A DNA stretch of 64,000 nt, taken from assembly GCA_958009085.1 (NCBI GenBank), contig OY253670.1:930001-994000 (forward strand). The letters run 5' to 3'. Of the stretch, positions 26,601 to 37,353 are shown one piece after another. Position numbers and translations under genes: made by a program. Each line of letters starts with the position of its first letter. Position 1 is the stretch's first letter. The DNA is from Protoeuglena noctilucae (lineage: Eukaryota). The notes under the pieces are model-generated. The model had not been told where the DNA came from. It did not search any database and saw nothing but the letters and a program-made list of their open reading frames with translations.

Positions 26601-27152
26601 TCTTCTCCGCCTCGCCTGGCCCCCGTCTCATGCCGCCCTTCCTGCCCTCTCTCACAGTACGAGACTGTGGGCGATGCGTACGTGGCAGCCGCCAACATCT
26701 TCCGAGAGGACCCCACGCACTCCATGACGCTGCTGAAGCTGGGGGTGACGCTCATCAAGCTCATGGCCAGCGTGCGCATCCCGATGCCCGACGGCTCCAC
26801 GCACCAGCTCAGCGCCAGGGTCGGCATCCACCGGGGGCCGTGCTCGGGCGGCGTCCTGGGCCTGGAGCGGTCCGTGCTGCAGCTCGTGGGGGACACGCTC
26901 AACACGGCGAGCCGCATGGAGAGCACCGGGCAGCCCAACTGCGTCCAGGTCACGGGGGACGTCTTCGACGCGCTGCCCGCGCACATCCAGGCGCTGTTCG
27001 TCGACCGTGTGGTGGTCGCCGAGGGCAAGGGCGAGATGAAGACGCACCTGCTCGACGTCCTCAACCACCCGGAGGTGCCCGCGTCCGGGCTCAGCCTCAT
27101 CGACGACCCGGAGACGTGGAGCGACATCCTCGCCCTCCCCGACAGAGTCTGA
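23647..27152 (+). CDS. Membrane-bound class III nucleotide (guanylate/adenylate) cyclase
   Basis: Several hydrophobic N-terminal exons, a long linker, and a C-terminal catalytic domain: MLFSDVVGFTSMS, FK|YETVGDAY, RVGIHRGP, GDTLNTASRMES, GKGEMKT. The start is uncertain. Confidence 0.88.
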
Positions 27153-27450
27153 GACGGGGTGGGGCGTGCGAGTGTGACGTGGATGGTGATTTGAGCGAAC
27201 CCATTGATCCGTTGTTCCGTGACCTTAGTTCCTCTGATAGCCGATATCATAGCGTACACTTTCCCCTTCGATGATCATTCATGGCACATTTTTGCTCTCT
27301 CGCCACACTACAGTGTTCCTTACTCTGACATTTGCATCCTTTGGCCATTTGTTGCCAAGCAGCATCGAACCGTGTTCTCTGAATGAAGTCCTGCACCGGC
27401 CGAATAGCGGAAGACTGGTGCGCGCTGCGCAGTGCCGAGGCCCTTTCGTC

Positions 27451-28206
27451 ATGAGGTGCGCATTGGCCCTCCAATCGGCAACGCTGGGGAACGGGAGGGC
27501 GCTGAGGCCCGTGCGAGTGGGGTTTCGGCCATCGAATGCACGCGAGTCACCGTGTGGATGCCGCGCGTTTCGGGAGGAGGAGGGTGAGGACGAGGATGCG
27601 GCGTCTGCAATTCGCTGTAATTCGCCCTCGATTGCATCGTCGGAGATTGAATGTCCTCTGTCGCGCAGAGAATGGGAGCATTGAGTCGTTATTCACGCAA
27701 GAACTGAGGAAGAGGGGCCTGGAGAGCAGCGGGGTGAGCAGTGCGAGCTCACTCGCGTTCCCCACATCGCTGCCGCGCCGTCTGGGCTTTCCTATGTTTA
27801 CGCACGACCATTACATGTGCAGGAGGCGAGCAGTCCATTAGGCTCGGCGCGTTCCCCGCCAAGCGCGCGGAGTCCCTTCTCGGAGGATCAGCTGGCGCGT
27901 TCGAGAGCCCTAAACTCGGAAGGACTCGAGGGCCTCATCCCAAGGGCCAAGCAGCTGGTGACGCTCGGCACGACCTTCTTCCTCAACTTCGGCCCGCTCA
28001 TCGGCGCGGTGTTCCTGGCCACGGGTGCCGTGTACTTCTTCCTGGGCGACGCCTTCGTGCATGGCGGCACGCCCGGCGCGGGAATGCCGGCGTACGTGGA
28101 CCCGCAGGACCTGCTCAACGCGCCTACGTACGACCCCATGGTGCCATTGAGGCAGCCGCCGCCGATGCCCAGCGGGGACGGGACCGGGGGCGGGAACTTT
28201 TACTGA
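27451..28206 (+). CDS. Uncharacterised green-lineage-type, probably plastid, single-TM protein
   Basis: Transit-peptide-like start, then SLFTQELRKRG, DQLARSRALNSEGLEGLIPRA, a TM segment, FVHGG and YVDPQDLL. Confidence 0.7.
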
Positions 28207-28239
28207 GCGTTCAAGCAGAGGGCTGGGAGCTGCCAGTAG

Positions 28240-29353
28240 CTATCGGTAGCCCGGGCCGCGCTTCCCTTTCGTGTAGACCTTTCCCCTGCTGCCCCCGTCC
28301 CACTCGTCCCCGACAGTCTCAATGACGAACTTCTCCCCTCGCGACGTCACGGGTTGGCCATCACGGTACCTCACCTGGGGTGCCCGGGACCGCTCCTTGC
28401 GGTCCATAACCCTCTTGGGTGCACCAGGGATGCCCTGGGACGGAGAACGGTTCATCATATCTAGTTTCCAGTCTCAGAATCAGAGGCCGGCTGACGAGTC
28501 CAGGGCATGCCACGCACGCTTGTCAGGCGTGAGGGTCTCACCGGCGGGGCGCAGGGACCCGTCTTGGAGACAATTTGGTAAGAGAAGCGGTCCACGAGGC
28601 TTTTGCGGAGGCGCTCTTCTTCCTCTTGGGCCTCCTTCGCCCGTTGCTGTGGAGAGCAAGCAGAGAGAAGGATGTCATGGAGAGGGCTGGCGAGCGGGCG
28701 CACCTGCCCGGCGCTAAGCGCAGATGCAGCCAAGCCCCCAGCTACCGGCAGCTCCTCCCACCTCTTCTGCTGCCGCTTCCGCCTCCCAAGAGAGGCTTGC
28801 TTGGCCCAAGGCGTCCCCCATCCCAAGCAGGCGGTCGGCAGCAGCGTCCGCGTCGCCATTCAGCTGGTGCAGGACGTGCCGAATGAACTCTGCGCTCGCT
28901 GCGCCCCGGCACAGCTCCATCAGCGACGTCACCGTCGCGTCATCGGTCGTCTCTGCGCTGCCCTCCTCACTCCTGCCGGAAGTCTCTCCTTGCAGCGAAG
29001 CCTGTCGGTCGTAGGTCTCCGGAGACCATGAGCCATCGAGCAGCGCGGCCACCCGCGCCCGCTGGTCCTCCTCTGGTGTCGCGGCCAGACGTGGAGACAA
29101 ACATTGCAGCATGTCCAGCAGATCGTCGACGCTCAGCTCCCCTGGGGCATTGGATTCCAAAATTTCTGCAAAGATCAGCTCTGGCGAAGGATTTCGAGCG
29201 TAGAGCAGGTGCAGGGAGCCAGCGACAGGTGCGCCTAAAAGTTGAATTCCTGTTGCACATGTGATGCCGCGTACCCGCCAGGCACTCCGCATGCCCGTCA
29301 TCATCGACCCCGTGGTGGGTAAGGAACGATCTTGCAAGAGACAGCGCGGACAT
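28240..29353 (-). CDS. CUEDC2-like (CUE/ubiquitin-binding) protein
   Basis: CUE-like helix set EFIRHVLHQLNGDADAAADRLL and C-terminal VRYRDGQPVTSRGEKF, resembling the CUEDC2 C-terminal motif. Confidence 0.6.
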
Positions 29354-29490
29354 GCCCAAAAACGTTGAACATGTGTTTGAAGCCAAAGGCTCCCTTTTGA
29401 ATTGATGTGCAGCTCGGTGTAGTTCAAATGTCATCTTCGGCGCGAGCCTGCCGAACATCGCTGGCGCTGGCAGCGCAGGTAGGTCACTTG

Positions 29491-32400
29491 TCATTCCTGC
29501 GCCGGCTCAGGGCGCTTAGAGTGGGCGCCCTTGGGCAGCAGACACGCAACTATGACGGCGAAAGACATGAGGGCGGACCCCAGCATGAAGGGGGCGCCCG
29601 GTAGGAGTGGCACGAAGCGCGGGCGGTCCGACCGCGTAAACTCTGAGAAGAGCGTCGCGAAGAATACCGGCCCGATGCCCGTCGCGATGGCCTGCGCCCC
29701 GAAGAGCGCGCCCTGCACGGCGCCCTGTTCGGACTCGGCGGCGTTGCGGCTCTTGATGCTGCAGGCGCATCGGAGGCACTGAATTGGGATGCCTGATATG
29801 AGAGCAAAACAGTCAGGTCCGCCTGCCATCCCCTCGACTCGCCTGCTGATGGCCGGGACGCAGAGCGCCGTGAGGGACATGACGACGAGGCCAGAAAAGG
29901 CCACTACGCGGGTCGTCGTGGCAGATAGGATGGCCAGGTAAACGGCTGAGCCCAGGAGCCCCAAGATGAGAACTGGTTGTTCTGAGGAGGCGAAAGAGAT
30001 GCCAGCAGTGAGTCTTCACACTGGAAGACGCCCTTAGTAAGCAGCAACCGCTCCCCTGCAGCTGCCCGCGCTATTGTGCGCGCCTCACCGGAGGTGTAGC
30101 GGGTGATGAAGGGCAGGAGTACGATTTGGTTGAAGATGCCGCATGCACCCATGATGACGAGGACCATGGACTGGTCGCGAGGCCCGAACCCAACCCTCAT
30201 CTGGAGGTACTGCAGGATGAGGTCGTCGAGGCCCTCGAGAGACGCTCCTTGCAACATGACCAGGAGCGTGAGCATGCGGAAGAGCGGGGAGCGGACGGCG
30301 ATGCGGATGCTGCCCATGATGTTCGCAGAGTCCGACGCGGGCGCCTCCGCGGGTGCGGAGGCTCCTGCAGACGCCGCCAACGGCGACGCCCCCACCGGCT
30401 CTACCACGACCGGGGGGTCGCCGTGGGTCCCTGCGGACAAGAACCACCCGCACGATGCTTGTCAGGAATGGAAGTAAAGGCTGTCCGCCGAACCCACAGC
30501 GCAGTGACCAGCACGCACCCGGCTCGAGGCCGCCCCACTCGACGTCCACCCTCGGCTTGGGTCGCACCAACGGCGGCACGTCCAGCACCACGCGCGCGTC
30601 CGGGGACTTGCCGCGCGCGTGCGTCGGCGCGGGATCCTTGAACAGGTCGCCCCCGTCGCCCGCCGCTCCCATCCGCGGGGCCGCACTGGGGAACACGGAG
30701 GCAGGGGGCGCGCCACCCGCCCCCTCGGGCCGCGCATGCCAACCTCCGGCGCGGCGGCCATTTGAGGGAGGCGCGGCGTCGCGGGCGGCGGTCTCCCCCG
30801 CCGCCACCCCCGCTCCGTCCGCCCCGCCAGTTGTGCTGCGCGTGTCCCGCCCTGACACTCTCCGGGTTGGTCCCGAGGCATCCGAGTCCCCTTCCGCATG
30901 CGCCTTGGAGTTGCGGCGACTGCGGCCCCGCCGGTAGCTGTCGGCCACCTCGTCTGCTCCCACTGCCTCCCCACCTTCCCTTCCACTCGCATCCCGGCCC
31001 CCGCCCCCGCGCCCCCTCGAGCCTTCCTCCCCATGCCACAGCCTCTCCGGAGCCGAAAAGGGCGAGTGGAGACGCACGCCGGGGTCACTCTGCCCCTCCT
31101 CCCGGCCCTCCCCCGTCCTCCCAAACACCCAGTCGTCATCATCATCCCCCGCCTCGGGCCCCCTGCGCCGAGCACCGGCACCCGGCCCGGTCCGGAACCA
31201 ACCCCGCGCGTCGCCGCCGAACGCCAGCGCGCCCCCCGTGCCCGCCCACGGCAGCGCCGCGTGCCCCCTGGCGTTGGTGCCATGCACCCCGTACGCCATC
31301 CAGTCCCCCCACGCCCGCGCCGTCCGCCTCCCGTGGTGGCGCGACCGCCTCCCCTGCGTCGACCCGTCTTCCTCTTCCTCAGACGCCTCGTCCAGATAGA
31401 CCCTCGAATCAGCACCGGACGACTCGGACTCCTCCAGAAGCAGCGGCAGGTCCTCGTGGTCCTGTGCGGCGTCCCTCACTGCAGCCGCGGTCCAGAGACG
31501 CGCAAGTCGGATCGACTCGCCTCGAGTGGCGGGTCCCGAGGGCAGCGATGGCGGGGCGACGCTCACCTCGGGAGGAGCCGTCCCCACGACGAGGCCACTC
31601 GCTCCCGAACTCGCTCCAGCGCCAGGCGGAGGTACGGAGGCCCGGGGCATGCGGGGTGCTGGCGAGGACGTGGAGGGTGAGGGAGCCCTGGTTGGACTGG
31701 CGGGCGGCCTGGCGCGACGCCGCAGGGAGGCTCTCTCGCAGGAGCGCAGCGGCCGTCACGGCGCACAGCATGAAGGCGAAGGCGACGTGGATGGCCCCCC
31801 GCGTGCTGCCGATGACGCCGGCGATGATCGGGCCGATGAGGTACGAGACGGCCTCGACCGCCAGCACAAGACCAAACACCTTGGGCCGGTTCTCCTTGGA
31901 AGTCACGTCCGCGGCGTAAGGCAGACCGACTGCGAAGACGCTGAAGCCCTGAGCGAAGGCCGTGCCTGGGAAAAACCAGAGGAGAGAGACCCCGGCATGG
32001 TAGTACAGCAGCAGCACGAGGGGCGGGACGAGGTTGATGAGCTGGGCGAGGAGGAGGAAGGGCTTGCGGCCATGGCGGTCGGACACGGAGCCCACGAGGG
32101 GGTTGATGACGAAGGACAGGATGCTGCGGGGGAGGAAACGAGGGTCAGGTGAAACCGCGATGCAGTGGGCGCCACGCGCGCGCCCAATCCCTCGTCCTCG
32201 CCTTTGCGACACGAAAAGCGTCCATCCTTGCCACTCCGCCGTCGTTCCGTGCGCGTTGAAGCAGTCCGGGGGCTCGTGGCCCAGCGGGAAGGACTCGCAC
32301 TGCAGAGGCGTCCCGCTCGCCTTGCTTGCAAAGTAGTCAGTCAAGAGGGAAGGCAGGTAGGGAAGGAGCATCGCTGCGATGGCAGCGACGGACGGCGGAG

Positions 32401-32737
32401 GTGCAGCGATGGCCGAGCGGGGCGCATATGCCGATGCAAAGCGTACGCGAATCGCAGCGCTCCGCACCCGTCGGCGTCATGCCCAGCAGCAGCACCAGTA
32501 GCAGATGCCATATTCCCGTGTCCCATAGCTCCTTTAAAAGGGGCTTGGGCGCGGGCACCGGCCTCCCGGGCCTGCGTCTTCGTCGCTGTGAGGCCCTGGA
32601 GCGCGGCCCCTCCCTCCGCGCACGCTGTCTGCAAGATATGCATCAGATCAAATCAACCACACGCTTGTCAACAGAGAACTCGCCGCGTTACTCGCACCGC
32701 ACCTTCTCTGGGGAGCATCGTCGTCAGCACCCTCCAT
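29491..32737 (-). CDS. MFS transporter (MFSD14/HIAT1, TetA-like family) with a large low-complexity central loop
   Basis: MFS motif A GSVSDRHGRKP, YAADVT, EQGAVQGALFG, GIGPVFF and PGAPF. ATG 32737 is inferred via splice sites. Confidence 0.88.
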
Positions 32738-32962
32738 CCAGGCCCGGCGGAGCGCAAGAAGTATTCAAAGGGACAAGCAGTCAATCCAGGGCCAGGAATC
32801 CGAGTCTGGGCTTTTGGCCTACGATCATCGACACGACGGGGCACTTGCACGGGGCGAAAATGCGCCTCTTTCGTTCCCCTCACGCTGCCCTGGCTTCAGC
32901 TTCAGCGTCCCGTGGCAAAGAGGCGGTCAAAGCACTTACAGGGCACTTGGCGCTCGTGTGTT

Positions 32963-33953
32963 ATGAGCGGGGCTTTCCAGGACTTCGCGTTCAAGAAGGC
33001 GGGCGTGCAGAAGCGGAAGCCGAAGAACAACGGCCCCAGTCAGGCTAAAGCGGCCAGCGCTCCGAATGGTGGCCCGCCAAACGCCATCCCCGGGCCGGGC
33101 GTCCCGGAGCGCCTGGGCGACGAAAAGTCCCCCCTGCGGCTCGTGATTGTCGGTCACAATCCATCGGAGGAAGCGTGGCGCAGGGGCCACTTCTATGCAC
33201 ACAAGTCCAACCGGTGCGAGTCCCGCTCGCTGAGTGCGACTACGATGGAAGGGGTCCCCTCCCACCTGGATGCGACTCGGGGCTCCCTTCCCCTTGCACA
33301 GGATGTGGCCAATCCTGAGGGAGACGGGCATTGCGCCGCCGTCGGTACGGGGCGCGGAGGACGACGTGCGAATGGCGCCAGGTGAGGGCGAGGAAGCGAA
33401 GACGCAGGCAGTCCCCAACGGCCCACCCGATGCCATGCAGCTCCTGCGCCGCACCGCACGCGCAGAGGCCGGGGTGGGTTTCACGGATGTGGGTACAGGG
33501 AACCCGGGGACCGACTCCCGGCTGTTCGGGGAGGCAGCGTTTGCGGTGTGGGGCCCGTCATTCCTGCAGCGGCTCCAAGCCCACGTCGCCCGAGTCAATG
33601 CGTCCATCGGGTGCAAGTGCGGCGCCTGCGGGGCACCGAGTGTCGTGGCCTTCTCGGGGAAGAAGCAGTTTGTAGACCTCGTCAACAGCTGTCGGAGGTC
33701 AGGCTCGCGTAAGGTGCAGGGCGGCGAAGTGCCCGTCGGCCAAGCCCTCCCGCGCAGTGCCCTTCCGGCCGGATGGCCGCTGCCGGACTCGAGCGAAGTG
33801 TGGGTAATGACGTCGACGTCGGGCGCCTCGGCGCTGTCCACGGAAGATCGCGTGCGGCCTTGGAGGCTGCTGGCGGAACGGATCCGGGGAATCCCCTGGC
33901 CTCGAAGCGACGCGCCCACTTGCACGTCGAGCATCGCGCCCACTTGCACCTGA
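32963..33953 (+). CDS. MUG/TDG-like (UDG family 2) mismatch-specific uracil/thymine DNA glycosylase
   Basis: LRLVIVGHNPS...GHFYAHKSNR|MWPIL, GVGFTDV, VVAFSGK and VWVMTSTSG. The basic N-terminus is NLS-like. Confidence 0.8.
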
Positions 33954-34034
33954 AGCAACGCGCCCGCTTGCATATATAATCCATGCGCTCACTTGCATCT
34001 GAAGCCACGCATCTGACGAGACGCATCTGACGTG
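33911..34034. repeat. Degenerate minisatellite: 4 units of about 24 nt (core GCGCCCACTTGCA) plus 2 copies of CGCATCTGACG, spanning the glycosylase stop codon
   Basis: Units start at 33911, 33935, 33959 and 33984; the CGCATCTGACG copies start at 34008 and 34022. Confidence 0.85.
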
Positions 34035-34373
34035 CATTTTGGCATGAATTTGGCTGTTCCATCACCGATGCCACAGACAACACGGCAAATTAGGTCCTAT
34101 CTTCAGCTCCTGTTGGTGCTGTGACGCTGCGCTTCGCCGAAACGCGGGAAAATATGCCCGGCCAGGTCATCCAGTGCGAGCTCACCGCCGCAAAGGCGAG
34201 TCGCGGTCGTATGGGGCGCGATTGATGCTCTTTCGACGCTTACCGCGCTCAAGGGTCGCCGGGCCGACGATCGTCGCGCTCGAGAGCAGCCGCGAGGGCC
34301 ACCGCGATGGCCACGTGTTGGAGCAGTCCCTGGCGCCCACACGCAGGCGCATGGGACGCTCAGGACGCGTGTG

Positions 34374-34867
34374 ATGCGGCAACTGGCATCATTAGCCGCC
34401 GCAGCCAGCGTGCTCGCGAGCGCTGGCCCTTCCCTCGCGTCTTCCGGCGTGTCGTTCGCCAACCTGAAGGGCGGGGAGGCCCTGCGCTCGCCGGTGCACG
34501 TCGAGTTCGCGGTCCAGGGATACCAGGTCCGTCCCGCATCGGAGGGCCTGCAGGAGGGCAGCGGGCACTTCCATGTGCTCATCGACGCCGAGGACGCGGT
34601 TGAGGAGGGCGTCACCATCCCGGTAATTGCTATTTCAGGGGTGCACAGTGCGAGACTGCGCGTGTGCTCGTGGGCTGGAAGGAAAGAGACCGCTCGTGGC
34701 TCTCGCAGTTCGACGAGAGGCACCGGCACTACGGCAAGGCGCAGCTGGCGGACGACCTGGTCCTGACCCCCGGCAAGCACAAGCTGGCCCTGCAGTTCGC
34801 TAACGCTCTCCACGAGTCGTACGGCCCGACCATGGCCAAGCACATCGAGGTTAACGTGCTGAACTAG
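34374..34867 (+). CDS. DUF4399-like small secreted/lumenal protein; intron 34623-34708
   Basis: Signal-like MRQLASLAAAASVLASA, then VSFANLKGG...SPVHVEFAV, GHFHVLID, IP|FDERHRHYGKAQ and LTPGKHKLALQFANALHESYG. Upstream exons are possible. Confidence 0.8.
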
Positions 34868-35147
34868 GGGGAGGGAGGGGGGGCCACACCCCTTGATGCT
34901 CCCTTGCCAGTCTCTGGTGTGAATCGCTTTTAAATCACAAAACGCCACACCGCCGTCGGCACACTCCATTCAGGAGCCAGCATCGCCGCGCAACTCTGCT
35001 TGGATAGCACCTTCCTGTCCAACTGTAGCGAGACCACACGCGCAGCCCCTCTCCTGGGGGCTGGAGGGGTGCCCCCCGCGGGCGCCGGGCTTTGACGAGG
35101 ATGCAGAGCTGACCCTACACCGGGTTGGTCGCGGCGCTGGCGCCGGC

Positions 35148-36798
35148 ATGTTGGCGGTCGACCTCGACATCATCTCGCTCTGCGCGTCCGCGCTTCTGCT
35201 GGGCTACAGCCTCTGGGTGCTGGGGATGAGCATCCCATGGCAGGTGCGATGGTCTGGAGGTCGTCCGCGAGCTGCGGGTGGGCGAGATCCCACTCAGAGC
35301 GCGGCAAATCGCTTGCTGTGGTTTTTTTATGTACACGCCCCGCGTTGGTGCACGCAGCGCGCCATCGAGTCCGCGTCCGTGTTACTTCAAACGCTACCGA
35401 CGTACCGAATGTATGGACTGGAGACGATGGACGTCCCGGGCACCCCGACGGTCTCGGAGCTGGCGAGCCTCAACCGCAGCGGGCCCAGCCATCAGGAGGA
35501 GGGTCAGAAGGACACGGTGGCAAACGAAGTCTTCTACAAGGGACTGCTGGACCTGTGGGGCGCGCGCGTCAGCCTCTGGTGAGCCGACGGCGATCAAATG
35601 ATGCTGACCCCCCTCTCTTCGGCCAGCTTTCACGGCCCGGCCCCGGACCTTCGTGCCCGCAGTGTCCTGGTCGCCGCTTGGGCCGTCTTGGAGATCCTCT
35701 CCATCCGCTCTCTCTGGGTCGAGGGCTCCGGTCTCACCATCCACGCCATGAACAAGAGTGAGATGCTCATTCGCCGACATTTCCGCATTTGCCGCCGCTT
35801 CTCCCGAGTGCCGTGACTCGCCCGTCGACTCGCATCGCACCTCTTCGCAGACGTTCACGGTCGCCGGTACATGTGCCAAGCCTACACGGCCGCCACGCTG
35901 GGCCTGCTGGAACCGCTCATCCTCTTGCTGCCAGCGCTGATGCTGCGCGAGTCCATGCGCAGGGGCGCGAAAGCAAGCGCTCTGTTCCGGGCCGGTGAGT
36001 TGGGGAGGTCCGTGCTACCACGGACGCAGCGCCGTGTGGCGCGGTGCCAAGCCAGCTGTGGCGCTCTGCGCGCGCAGGGTCGACCGAGTCCCGCAGCGTC
36101 CTCCGCACGGCACTCATCCTCACCGCGCCCGTGACCGTGTGCCAGGCGGTGCTGGTGTTTGTGCCCGAGGCCCTCCGCGGGACCTTCACGAGCCCTGGGA
36201 TGCGGAGCCTCTTTAGCGCGTGGGATTGCGACAATGTCGAGTGAGTGCAGTCGGACGATGAAGATGCGCTTCGATGCCGGGCGGGCCTGCGACCCTGCCC
36301 CTGCACGGTTGGTGAAATGTGCCCCGCCACCCCGTCGCAGCAGTGGGGGCGCCGGGTGCCTGAAGCTGGACTGCAAGTACCCGCTGGTCCCCCTCGTCGT
36401 CATGGCAGCTTTCCTCGTCGTCTACTTGGTCGGACTGCACCGGGTGGCCCTGGCGGCGCGCCGGCACGCCCTCAATGCCGCAGTCCGTGCCCGTGCCTCT
36501 GCCCTGCGGTGGGCCCCGACCGTCCTGTGCCTCCTGCTGCTCTTAGTGCGCGCCGTATACGTCGGCGGATTCTCCAAGCAGACCTGGCAGCAGCAGTTCA
36601 GCGGGTGAGGGGCCCGGGCAGGAGGTGCAACCTCCTCTTCGCGGCTCGTCTAGGTATCCATGAAGGCCGTCCCTGTGTCCTTGCCGCAGGGGCAAGATGG
36701 TCGGGATCATCCTGTGGGCCGTCATCTGTGTGACGCTGATGGAGGTGACCGTCCGGCGCTCTTGGCGGGAGCTCGCCCGTGCAGTCAAATTTGGATGA
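35148..36798 (+). CDS. Multi-pass (about 7 TM) membrane protein of unknown function
   Basis: Spliced exons give about 7 hydrophobic segments, with CQAY...GLLEP and CKYPLVPL...LNAAVRAR motifs reminiscent of an uncharacterised plant TM family (recalled, not verified). Confidence 0.6.
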
Positions 36799-37353
36799 GT
36801 GCCCCACCCATGCTCTGCACCTAGTCCGGGCGGCGTCTCGAGAGCTGGCCCGTGCCGTCATAGATCCTAGGTTGACACCTTCCCGCACACGCTCTTAGCC
36901 AGACCTTGAACGGCGCATGTCTTCACGACTATCTAACAGGCAGAGTGTGGGCAGGGAGACCCCGGCGCAAGCTACGAGAGTGGCGTCAGCTGCCACTGGG
37001 GCAGCGTATTAGAAAGGGTACCAAAAGAGAAGGCTCTCTGGAACATCAGCGCTGGAACATCAGCGTCCCTCCTTAGGACGGAGGGTAGAGTGTAGGGCGG
37101 AGGGTAGAACAAGGAGCTCGATCTCGATCTCTCAAAAGTCCGCCCTGCGTGAAAGGTCCCGCATTCGCCAGTGAGAAGCTGGGTGTTGGTCGTGCACTCA
37201 CCCAGGGGCACATTATGGGCCCTCAACACGCTAAGAATCTCCACCGCCGATCAATGGCTCAGTGTGTAGAATAAGTTTTTGTGTCTCATCCCAGGGCCTC
37301 GGCTGGCGTTGGCTGGCTCGCGGGGCATGCATCCAGGCCTCACACCTGGAAAC

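Noticed and set aside
31470..31650. Apparent frameshift within the MFS gene
   Set aside because: It is resolved by a normal GT-AG intron (CGAG|GTGAGC...CTGCAG|TG).
33911..34034. CRISPR-like repeat-spacer appearance
   Set aside because: The core is only about 13 nt and the spacers about 10 nt and partly related. The context is eukaryotic with no cas genes, so it is a minisatellite.
37253..37266. tRNA A-box-like TGGCTCAGTG
   Set aside because: There is no B-box or cloverleaf, so it is not a tRNA or recognisable SINE.
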